The notes under the pieces are model-generated. The model worked only from the letters and a program-made list of their open reading frames with translations, had not been told where the DNA came from and did no database searches. 14,806 bases of DNA, taken from NCBI GenBank assembly GCA_964458565.1, contig CAYWJO010000065.1, positions 1-14,806 of the forward strand, given 5' to 3'. Numbering within the stretch: position 1 is the first letter of the stretch; every line of letters begins with the position of its first letter. Positions 1-7,976 of the stretch are shown here, in pieces. The stretch comes from an uncultured archaeon (lineage in GTDB: Archaea; Asgardarchaeota; Thorarchaeia; Thorarchaeales; Thorarchaeaceae). Made by a program: the position numbers and the translations under genes.

Positions 1-1043
1 CTAACTCCCTCTTCTATGATTCCTGTATAGTTTATTCTCGTAGGTTCGCCATAAGCTCTTGACATAGAGTGAGCTATCGATGCTCCGATGCTAGCAACAG
101 TCTCATGAGCAAGTGTATAGTTATACATGGAATTATCCCATGTATCGGATGGGCTATGATATGCACTATCATATCCTGATCCACTCTCAAATGCGAAGAG
201 AACACCTTGATAGTCATATGTCAGAAATGAATAGTGATCTGATCTTGACCAAGCCGAGAATGAGTTAGACGCAAGAGGTAGTATCAAATCCCGTCCTAAA
301 TTTCTGCTCATCATTCTTGTTAGATCTGCCCAGTAGTGACTTGTTTCATATATTGTCCTGGGATCATTGTTATAGACCATCAATACCCTCTCGTCAGGTG
401 GTGAATATCCATTTTCAACAAGAAGCATATCGACATTGAAGTATTGAAGGATTTGAATTCCTGAGCTAGAAAACTGTGCCGCGACTTCATGACTTCCAAC
501 TAGTCCAATTTCTTCCGAGTTCCATGCACAGAAGTAAATATCCAGAGGCCATTCGTATTTCGATAAAACATATGCCAATTCTAATACTGTTGCAACTCCT
601 GTTCCATCATCATTAGCTCCCGGCGCTAAAGCTACACTATCATAATGTCCACCAATCATGATTACTGGCGAATTACCCCCGACCCATCCAGGAAGTCTGC
701 CAACCACTGATTTATGGTTTCCAATTAATTCAACTTCAATCTTTCCACTTGAAAGCTCACCTAATCGCTTTACCAACCAGTTTCTGGCATAGACGTTTGC
801 ATCACTGAATGTTGGTCCAGCAGATGTCCATCTAGAACCATTTTCCGTCAGTTTGATGATGAAGTTCTTATATCTATTTTGAGAAACTTTGTCATAGACC
901 TCCGATTCAAAATTCATACTGTAAACACGTATCATCGAATTCGAATCTGCATCGGGATCTGCGAGTGCTATTGCTTTGGGTGTAGGGTATAGTGGAACTA
1001 CCACTGACAGTATAAGGATAAGAGGAATCAAGCGCTTCAGCAT
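1..1043 (-). CDS. M28-family zinc metallopeptidase with N-terminal signal peptide (3' end runs off the window)
   Basis: Manual translation from ATG at 1043: MLKRLIPLILILSVVVPLYPTPKAIALAD... (signal-peptide-like). Contains the M28 motifs IGGHYDS, PGANDDGTG, WNSEEIGLVGS, FNVDM, RSDHYSF and YHSPSD. The frame stays open to base 1. Not in the ORF track because no stop codon lies in the window. Confidence 0.92.
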   Translation of the reverse strand, partial: MLKRLIPLILILSVVVPLYPTPKAIALADPDADSNSMIRVYSMNFESEVYDKVSQNRYKNFIIKLTENGSRWTSAGPTFSDANVYARNWLVKRLGELSSGKIEVELIGNHKSVVGRLPGWVGGNSPVIMIGGHYDSVALAPGANDDGTGVATVLELAYVLSKYEWPLDIYFCAWNSEEIGLVGSHEVAAQFSSSGIQILQYFNVDMLLVENGYSPPDERVLMVYNNDPRTIYETSHYWADLTRMMSRNLGRDLILPLASNSFSAWSRSDHYSFLTYDYQGVLFAFESGSGYDSAYHSPSDTWDNSMYNYTLAHETVASIGASIAHSMSRAYGEPTRINYTGIIEEGV

Positions 1044-1172
1044 ATCTTAGACAGGAAATTATTCTATCTTAATTGTTCCCAATCGCGTATTCTATTGCAA
1101 TGCAAACCCTTTTTGCTTAGACATTTAAAGAACTAAGACCCAATTAGTGAAAGTGTAGTGTGGAGGATTCAG

Positions 1173-2450
1173 ATGACACATTCAGAACTCCAATTTTCAT
1201 TGGAACTCAAAGACCCACTTCATGGGTACATTGGAATCACCTCAGTAGAACAAGAACTACTCAACCTTCGTCATGTTCAGAGACTCCGCAATATTCGATC
1301 ACCTGCAGGTACTCGACTGGTATATCCCGGTGCAGATTCATCTCTGATGGGTGCCATGCTCGGAACTGTGCATATGACTGGACTATTTGCTAGGTACCTC
1401 GAAGCTGATTTAGATGAGGTACAAAAAGCACGTTTAGGGGCATTCCTCCTTATAATTGCGAAAGGTCCTTGGACGAATGTAATGGATGAGTATTTAGGAA
1501 CTAGAGGTCACAATCGAGTGAAGCTTGCTGATACCATTATCAAATCCTCCAGAGTTGGTGAAGTACTAAAAGACAATGGCTTTTCGCTCTCTGAATTATC
1601 CGATATTGTGACAAAGGGTATTCTGGTAAAGGGAATACGAATCAATCTAATGACTACTCCCATCAATCCTGAGTTGATTGAGAATCTTGATCGTGATTCG
1701 TATTTCACGGGGGTGGATTATTCCCAACTAGAATATCATAGGTTATTTACTAGTACTAGAGTAGCAAAAAACAAAATTGCTCTGAAGCGAGATGCCCTTT
1801 ATACCCTAGAATCCTACCTTTCTGCTGGAGCTAATATGTTTGACGCTGTTTATTATCACAAAACATGTCGTGCTGCAGAGTTAATGTTGCTAAGAATTCT
1901 AGAACTCGCTGGAAGTCATATCATGACACATCCTGAGCAAAACATAGACAAATTCCTTGAATACGATGACTTGACATTCCACCACATTCTGAGATATTGC
2001 AAGGAAGAAGACAATGAATCAGTCAAAGAAGCAGGTAGACTCTATGATGATTTCTGTAAGAGGTATCTGTTAAAACGAGCAAGCAGCAGATCTATCTCTG
2101 ACAAGAGTTTTCTTGATAGAATCTCAACTCCTGATGGTCTCTTTGCAATTGAAACAGAAATTGCTGAAGATGCAGGTATTGATCCAAGTATGGTCTATGT
2201 TGATTATCCCGACCGAACCTCAGTCGCATTCTATCCTGGAAAACACGATTTAGAAGATCTTGTTCTCTATGAACGGGGTTCCAAAGGTTATGAATTCTGG
2301 CCAGTCACGGAAATGAGTTTAACTGCTCGAAGTTTTGGTCGGAACTTGAAAAGAGTTCGAGTCTATACTAGTAGGGGATATCGTGCACGCGTGAAGAAGA
2401 CAGCCGATAAATTACTTGAGAGTCTTGATACCCCTGGAATGGAGATATAA
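1173..2450 (+). CDS. SAMHD1/YwfO-like HD-superfamily (dNTP triphosphohydrolase-like) protein, catalytic motifs degenerate
   Basis: Family landmarks KDPLHGYI, QRLRNI, VYPGA, GPW, RDSYFTG, VYYHK and YDD are present. Start placed at ATG 1173 behind GGAGG (1162-1166) rather than GTG 1158. The HD dyad and first metal His are absent (see findings). Confidence 0.88.
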   Translation: MTHSELQFSLELKDPLHGYIGITSVEQELLNLRHVQRLRNIRSPAGTRLVYPGADSSLMGAMLGTVHMTGLFARYLEADLDEVQKARLGAFLLIIAKGPWTNVMDEYLGTRGHNRVKLADTIIKSSRVGEVLKDNGFSLSELSDIVTKGILVKGIRINLMTTPINPELIENLDRDSYFTGVDYSQLEYHRLFTSTRVAKNKIALKRDALYTLESYLSAGANMFDAVYYHKTCRAAELMLLRILELAGSHIMTHPEQNIDKFLEYDDLTFHHILRYCKEEDNESVKEAGRLYDDFCKRYLLKRASSRSISDKSFLDRISTPDGLFAIETEIAEDAGIDPSMVYVDYPDRTSVAFYPGKHDLEDLVLYERGSKGYEFWPVTEMSLTARSFGRNLKRVRVYTSRGYRARVKKTADKLLESLDTPGMEI

Positions 2451-2528
2451 TGGACATATCATCAATTGGCTTAAGAGGGGAAATTCCAAAAATATACTGT
2501 TGATAGTTCAATAATAGGAAGTTACATC

Positions 2529-4805
2529 GTGTTCTCCTGTAAAAGATGTGGATTGCCTCTCTACATAGAGAGTGCGGAACTTAAAGATCGAATCCTCAAG
2601 ATGGACGTCAGTTGCCTTCGCGGACATAAGAGTGTACGACGTTTGTCTGAACAGCAAGCAACTGAAATTGCTGAGGACCTCTTCCAAAAAATAACTGTTT
2701 GTCTGGATTGCGGGTCAACGATGACTCAGATAACATCTGATTTACAAGGCCCCCGTGTTGAGGCTGATTTTCTATGTCCCATTCACGGTGTTCAAGGACG
2801 TGAATATCCCTCTTCATTCCTACCAGCAGTAGGTCTTCTTGATACAGGAGACGACGTGAGAAGAGCCATCATTAACGCTTTCAAATGCGATCAATGTGGA
2901 CGGCTCTTTGCTGTGCGTGGTATAGACCTGATACCAGGTGGTCTTGAGCTCGAGGTTAGGTGTCCAAATGGTCACAGGAATACAAGATACGTCCCAAATG
3001 ATTTGGACTCTGATTTAATGACAAAGATATTCCAGCTGACAGCTAGTTGTGATAAATGTGGTTTACTTGGACACATTGGTAAACTTGAAGAAAGGAAGAG
3101 GAAATCAAAGATATTTGTTACATGTCCTATTCATGGGGACGAACGAAAGGATATTCCTAATGAAATTCTATCAAATGTAAAGAAAGCCATTGAAGAGATA
3201 TCTCCGGAAGCAGTCGTTGGAGCTATGTTGGTGACACGAGATTGTAACCATCCACTGGCAATTCGCAGTATTGAAGAAACGAAGACTGGTTTCAAATTCA
3301 AGTGCATCTGTCCCATAAAAGGACATTCAATGGATCGGGAAATCCCAATCATTTGGAATGAGGCTGTGAAAGAGAGAATCACGGCAGGTCTCCTTACATG
3401 CAGTGAATGTGGCCTTATGACACAAATCATTGATAGCAAGAAGAGTAAGAAAAGTATTGATTTCAAAATAACATGTCCAATCCATGGAGTGATGGAACGT
3501 TCAGTAACTCCTGATATCTTCAAGTATGTTATGGAAACTAAAAACTCAATTGATCAATTACCTTCGATTATTAAGAGTCTGAGTTGTGAAAAGTGCCGAC
3601 TACCTTCAATTATTCGAGATGTAGAACATCGACAAAATCTAACGGAACTCGAAGTCGACTGTAAAAACGGGCATAGAAGTAAGCGGTTCTTTGCTCCAGA
3701 CCTAGATGAAGTAACTCTTGTTGCCCTTTACAAGAATTTGTACCGTTGTCCTGAATGCTATGAAGATTTAGAATTAGTTTACATTGAACCTCAAGGACGT
3801 GAGTCTCGTGTTGTTCTTTTATGTAGTCTTCATGGTAAACATGTTGTTGATATTCCTCCAGAACATGCTGGAGCCTTACATAGGGCGTATGAAGAAATCC
3901 AGAAAGAGAAGATACATCCTCCTGTTGAGGCGGCTCCCGAACCTGAGCCACCAACCCTTGAGCCCACCACAGAGAGCGTTGAAGACATTGACGAAGCGGT
4001 AGTAGTACTTCGCGGCTGCGAAATCATTGGTGGAAAATTCGACTACAAATGCAAGGTGAAGAATGATAGTGGATATGTTATTACGAATGTAACTGTGAGT
4101 ATAGTTGCTTATCCGCAAGATTGCATGGAATTAGCTGGTGAATCTGTAAAGACGATCTCACGGATTGAAGTGGACGGATTTAGGTCTCCTCAATTCACAC
4201 TGTATCCAACAAAAGACTGTGTCCAAGGAAAGATAGTTGCTACTGTATCATTCATTGACTTTCGTGACCAGCTTCATACAATTCAAGTAGAACCTTATCT
4301 GATTCGGTCAGTATGCGACCTGCTAAAACCTCTCGAAGCCACTTCAAAAGAATTTGATCTCATTCTCACAAACCTAACAAAAACTCAGCAAGAACAGACA
4401 CTTGATTGGAATGCCAAAGTTCTCTTCACCAAAGCTGAGAAATTGTTGCCCTCTAAGAATTTTCATATTGTCGATACTGAGGAGAAGTCAATAGGTGGTC
4501 AGTTCATAGGGCTCATCCGAGGTTATGCTCAGGGAAAATATACGGGTAAGAAAGTCGCGGTAGTGTTTCTTATCTCAGGTCCAGAGAGTGGTCGACACTC
4601 ACAGGTTAAGGTCGAAGCTCTTGGCGAAGACATCGCAATGTTACCTACAACAATAGATGAACTAGCTGAAACAATGGACTCTTGGATTTGTCTTCGATGC
4701 GGTGCTCCACTTGATGAGGAACAAATAAGCGAACTTCATACACGCCTTCCTATAAGATGTCGATATTGTGCTCATTCACTCACAATCGCGCTCTACTTGC
4801 AATGA
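2529..4805 (+). CDS. Multi-metal-ribbon repeat protein (8 CxxC-x21-Cx2-3H modules) with C-terminal Ig-like + platform (adaptin/COP appendage-like) domain and terminal CxxC...CxxC Zn ribbon
   Basis: 758-aa ORF with a GTG start preceded by AGGAAG. Periodic Cys/His motifs over aa 4-435, Pro/Glu linker aa ~464-489, beta-rich domain aa ~490-719, CLRC...CRYC at aa 721-747. The CDS is well supported; the domain names are inference. Confidence 0.85.
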   Translation: MFSCKRCGLPLYIESAELKDRILKMDVSCLRGHKSVRRLSEQQATEIAEDLFQKITVCLDCGSTMTQITSDLQGPRVEADFLCPIHGVQGREYPSSFLPAVGLLDTGDDVRRAIINAFKCDQCGRLFAVRGIDLIPGGLELEVRCPNGHRNTRYVPNDLDSDLMTKIFQLTASCDKCGLLGHIGKLEERKRKSKIFVTCPIHGDERKDIPNEILSNVKKAIEEISPEAVVGAMLVTRDCNHPLAIRSIEETKTGFKFKCICPIKGHSMDREIPIIWNEAVKERITAGLLTCSECGLMTQIIDSKKSKKSIDFKITCPIHGVMERSVTPDIFKYVMETKNSIDQLPSIIKSLSCEKCRLPSIIRDVEHRQNLTELEVDCKNGHRSKRFFAPDLDEVTLVALYKNLYRCPECYEDLELVYIEPQGRESRVVLLCSLHGKHVVDIPPEHAGALHRAYEEIQKEKIHPPVEAAPEPEPPTLEPTTESVEDIDEAVVVLRGCEIIGGKFDYKCKVKNDSGYVITNVTVSIVAYPQDCMELAGESVKTISRIEVDGFRSPQFTLYPTKDCVQGKIVATVSFIDFRDQLHTIQVEPYLIRSVCDLLKPLEATSKEFDLILTNLTKTQQEQTLDWNAKVLFTKAEKLLPSKNFHIVDTEEKSIGGQFIGLIRGYAQGKYTGKKVAVVFLISGPESGRHSQVKVEALGEDIAMLPTTIDELAETMDSWICLRCGAPLDEEQISELHTRLPIRCRYCAHSLTIALYLQ
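2538..3908 (+). repeat. Protein-level tandem repeat: 4 copies of a ~116-aa A+B double metal-ribbon unit
   Basis: Module starts at aa 4, 58, 120, 174, 236, 291, 353 and 407 (spacings 54, 62, 54, 62, 55, 62, 54). A modules end CxxGH (CPIKGH in the third) and B modules end CPIHG/CSLHG. No obvious identity remains at the DNA level. Confidence 0.9.
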
Positions 4806-4810
4806 ATCTT

Positions 4811-5380
4811 TCAAATCTTATCTGACCATTCGATATCAGGTGTGTCTTTGGCTTTGATATGAATAAGGATCCTATCAATCACAGAATCAACCAATTCAGT
4901 TATTGACTTGGGTTTGTGCCAAAATGCTGGAGAAGCTGGAAACACGATTCCGCCTGCTTCTGTGACTATTGCCATGTTACGGATATGTATGAGATTCAAA
5001 GGAGATTCCCGTGGAACTAAAATTAGTTTTCTTCTCTCTTTTAGCGCGCAATCCGCAGCTCTTGTTATTAGATTGTCTGCATAGCCATGAGCGATACCTG
5101 CTAGTGTCTTCATTGTGCAGGGTGCGATAATTACTGCATCAAGATGATAGCTTCCACTTGCTGGTTGAGCTGACAAATCCTGCTCGTCATAAACACAATC
5201 AGCCTCTTTAGAAAGTACCTCCGAAGATATACCAAGTTCATATTCCAATGTCTTCTCTCCCCATCTGCTTATAATGATATGAACCTCATGTCCTAGGGTC
5301 TTTAGTGCGCGAATCAAATTGACTCCATAAATAGCACCACTGGCGCCTGTTATGCACACAAGTACTCTCTTCTTTGCCAT
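4811..5380 (-). CDS. ubiX: Flavin prenyltransferase UbiX/Pad1
   Basis: Motifs ITGASGAIYG, ASGS, IAPCTMKTLAGIAHG, NLITRAADCALKERRKLILVPRESP and PASPAFWHKP; 189 aa; GAGGAG upstream of the ATG. Confidence 0.96.
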   Translation of the reverse strand: MAKKRVLVCITGASGAIYGVNLIRALKTLGHEVHIIISRWGEKTLEYELGISSEVLSKEADCVYDEQDLSAQPASGSYHLDAVIIAPCTMKTLAGIAHGYADNLITRAADCALKERRKLILVPRESPLNLIHIRNMAIVTEAGGIVFPASPAFWHKPKSITELVDSVIDRILIHIKAKDTPDIEWSDKI

Positions 5381-5442
5381 CCTGATTGCTCCTCTAAATA
5401 CTCTTTATACTTCGTCTGATAACTTATTCGAAAGAACTATTG

Positions 5443-7284
5443 TCAAATGAAAAATGATAGAATCAAAGATATCAGGAACGCAGAACCAGCTGCAACAATC
5501 CCATTTCTTTTTGCAATTCCTGCTGCTTCAACAATGTCCTGAGTCAAGATATCGAATCCCCGTTCTCCAAAAGTACAGAGATCCTTAACTTCACTAAATC
5601 CGATTCCCATTTTCATCCGAGTCTTATTTTTCTCAGCAATTTCAACCGTTTTTTCTATTGAATCGATGATTTCATCTGGACAATATCGACCCACTGGTGG
5701 ATACCCTTTGCTGGATAATGATATTGCATTAACTAGATGGGTGTCCGTAGTGAAAATATCTGCACTGTCATATCCCATTGCCTTTACGGACTCAATCACT
5801 TTCTCTCTGAACCCTGGTTCAACATTGTTACCATCCACTACAGTGAAAACAGTCTTTCCGTCAGGTGTTTCGATGATTGTAGTAGTTATACCACCAGGTC
5901 CCAATCCTTGCTTCTGACTAATATTGTTGGGAACGAAGCTTCCTATACCCATCATGAATGAATGTTTTTGACAATCAATTGACTCTCGTACCGATTGTGT
6001 TAAGACGTCGGTGTATATCATTGCTTCAGGATCATCAGGCATAACAGATACCGCATCATCAGCAATGCAATTATGAGCATCTGCAATAGTAATTCGATCA
6101 ATCACATCATATTCATTAGTGATTTTTTTCTTTGTCCTCTCCCCAACTTCGAGGGCAATATCATCTGTAAACTCTGGTGCACTTGTTGAGATCAAAAGTG
6201 CATTTCTGTGTGAGTGAATTGCCCAGACTTTGAATTTTCCTCTATCAATCCACATTGGACCTGTAATGTCATCATGAACAGGTGTATTCGTAATCAATCT
6301 ATCAATCTCTGCCATCACTCTCGGATAATCCAGCTTGTCTGTGAGGTTCTGATGGTGAGTGCATGTTCCATGAAGCACAAATGACGGAATTTCATATTTC
6401 TCTTGGATGTGGTTCATTATTGCAAATGGAAGTCCACTACTACCAAGGTCTCTGAAAGGTCCTGGATGTATATAGAGAACAACTCCTACTGCTGCTAATC
6501 CATCATCATTCTTGAAAATCATCGCATCGATTGGTATATCCTGCTTTGACCCAATTTGCCGAATCAAGTGTTCAAAAGGTTCGGGATTTTCCATCAAATA
6601 GTCATATCCGAAAGCTCGCAAAAGTTCTGGACCATTGATTCCTAGATCTCTCTCAAATGGCACGCTTACAGCATTGAAGATGTAGTGTACTGCGATAGTG
6701 AATGCGATGATTGAACCCATTCCAATGAGAATCCATTGTTGTGGTAGAAATGGAATGAATGTATATTGAGGAAGTATGAACATTAGGCTATACCATAGAA
6801 GAGGAGGTATCATTGCAGCAAAAAATGTACGAATTGGATGATGATCGCTTAATCCTGTTAGTAGAAATGCAAAGAACACATAAGCTACACTGAGACCAAG
6901 CATTAACATTCTATTCTCAAAATGCTCTAGAACAAGAACGAAATCTAAGAGACCTCCAATTCCACCAAGAATGACCCAAAATAACACACCGAATTGGGAT
7001 GCTCCTGCTGTTCTTCGAGCATCCAAAGGTGAATCCTCTTTTCGTACTACTGCATACATTAGAAGAGTACCAAATAGCATACTAGCTGTATAGAGTAGTG
7101 CATAGGCGAGAAATGTGGGTGTGAATATATCGAAGGTGTTTTTCATAGATCTAAATAAGGAAAGTACTACTGACAAAACCGATACACTGATTATGAGATT
7201 GAAGATGATTCTGCGAAATGTAGGTAGCTGCCAAACTTTAGAATACAATTGAACAGTCTCTTTTACCTTGGCCTTCTCGCCCAT
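5443..7284 (-). CDS. DUF2070 (COG3356) archaeal membrane protein, predicted ceramidase-like lipid hydrolase
   Basis: About 6 N-terminal TM helices, then a soluble domain with HPGPF, HGTCTHH, DAHN, DGNN and TTDTH, and a C-terminal TM helix; 613 aa; GGTGG upstream of the ATG. Confidence 0.88.
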   Translation of the reverse strand: MGEKAKVKETVQLYSKVWQLPTFRRIIFNLIISVSVLSVVLSLFRSMKNTFDIFTPTFLAYALLYTASMLFGTLLMYAVVRKEDSPLDARRTAGASQFGVLFWVILGGIGGLLDFVLVLEHFENRMLMLGLSVAYVFFAFLLTGLSDHHPIRTFFAAMIPPLLWYSLMFILPQYTFIPFLPQQWILIGMGSIIAFTIAVHYIFNAVSVPFERDLGINGPELLRAFGYDYLMENPEPFEHLIRQIGSKQDIPIDAMIFKNDDGLAAVGVVLYIHPGPFRDLGSSGLPFAIMNHIQEKYEIPSFVLHGTCTHHQNLTDKLDYPRVMAEIDRLITNTPVHDDITGPMWIDRGKFKVWAIHSHRNALLISTSAPEFTDDIALEVGERTKKKITNEYDVIDRITIADAHNCIADDAVSVMPDDPEAMIYTDVLTQSVRESIDCQKHSFMMGIGSFVPNNISQKQGLGPGGITTTIIETPDGKTVFTVVDGNNVEPGFREKVIESVKAMGYDSADIFTTDTHLVNAISLSSKGYPPVGRYCPDEIIDSIEKTVEIAEKNKTRMKMGIGFSEVKDLCTFGERGFDILTQDIVEAAGIAKRNGIVAAGSAFLISLILSFFI

Positions 7285-7383
7285 TTAGTCCACCAGTAGA
7301 TTTGTTCCTCTCATGCTTATTCTTCTTATCAAAGTTCCTTTTGGTGTTTGATTTCCCACCAAACAAAGGTACAAATCAGCAAG

Positions 7384-7427
7384 TTTATATCGCATTCGAT
7401 ATCGCATTCGATAATCATATTCGATAT
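7384..7427 (+). promoter_or_regulatory. TATA box (TTTATAT) overlapped by tandem palindromic operator sites ATATCG-N4-CGATAT, probable PadR autoregulatory site
   Basis: ATATCGCATTCG occurs twice in tandem (7387-7398, 7399-7410) plus a degenerate third copy. This gives a perfect inverted repeat at 7387-7402 and overlapping imperfect ones, ~50 bp upstream of the padR start. Confidence 0.7.
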
Positions 7428-7477
7428 TGGTGAGTAAAACGACGCCGCAAAAACAAAATGAAGACTGCGAGGAACCA

Positions 7478-7972
7478 ATGCCGCATTCAATGCCACGTGG
7501 ATTTCTACGTATTCTAATCATGAGTCTTCTAAAATCTGACGAGCTAACTGGTTCTGAGATGATGGAGATACTAGAGGACAGAAGCGACGGTCGGTGGAAA
7601 CCAAGCCCTGGTTCGATTTACCCAATGCTTGATTCGCTGAAGGAAGATGGATTCATAGAAGTTGCAAGTGAGATTGGCAGAAGCAAGAAGTACAAAATAA
7701 CTCCAGCTGGTTCTGACCACTTCCGGAATATCTCTAGGAGGAAGAGGGATATGGAGCATAAAACCCGGTTGAGCAGAGTCTTGTGGTTGCATCTATTGAA
7801 TCCCTCAGATCGTGTTCATTTTCATCTAAGTGGTATTCTAGCTGCAGTGGAATTTCTTGAGGAATCCATTGAAGAATTATCCTCTTCTGAGAAGAAAAAA
7901 GTTAGTCCTCGTATCGAGCCTATTATCGAGAAACTCTCCTTATTGAAAAAAAACATCGAGAACGGAGAATAG
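7478..7972 (+). CDS. PadR-family transcriptional regulator
   Basis: RGFLRILIMSLL...TGSEMMEILEDRSDGRWKPSPGSIYPMLDSLKEDGFI...KYKITPAG is the PadR wHTH signature. Start placed at ATG 7478 behind GAGGA rather than at 7427. Confidence 0.93.
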   Translation: MPHSMPRGFLRILIMSLLKSDELTGSEMMEILEDRSDGRWKPSPGSIYPMLDSLKEDGFIEVASEIGRSKKYKITPAGSDHFRNISRRKRDMEHKTRLSRVLWLHLLNPSDRVHFHLSGILAAVEFLEESIEELSSSEKKKVSPRIEPIIEKLSLLKKNIENGE

Positions 7973-7976
7973 AACA

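Noticed and set aside
1158-2450. HD gene as a decaying pseudogene
   Set aside because: There are no stops or frameshifts, length is full, the RBS is good and structural motifs are retained. Substitutions concentrate on catalytic positions.
2608-4118. Several antisense or alternate-frame ORFs (65-130 aa) inside the 758-aa gene
   Set aside because: Shadow ORFs of a well-supported CDS, with no motifs.
7337-7369. Imperfect hairpin TTTGGTG...CACCAAA in the DUF2070/padR intergenic region
   Set aside because: Only a 7-bp stem between divergent genes, so it is not a terminator position and there is no further support.
7387-7427. Tandem repeat as a mini-CRISPR or VNTR
   Set aside because: Units are 12 bp with no spacers and no cas genes nearby. 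A palindromic operator explains it better.
7285-7521. 78-aa minus-strand ORF containing YRMRYRMRY
   Set aside because: The peptide repeat is just the translation of the operator tandem repeat, and the ORF crosses the promoter and the padR start.
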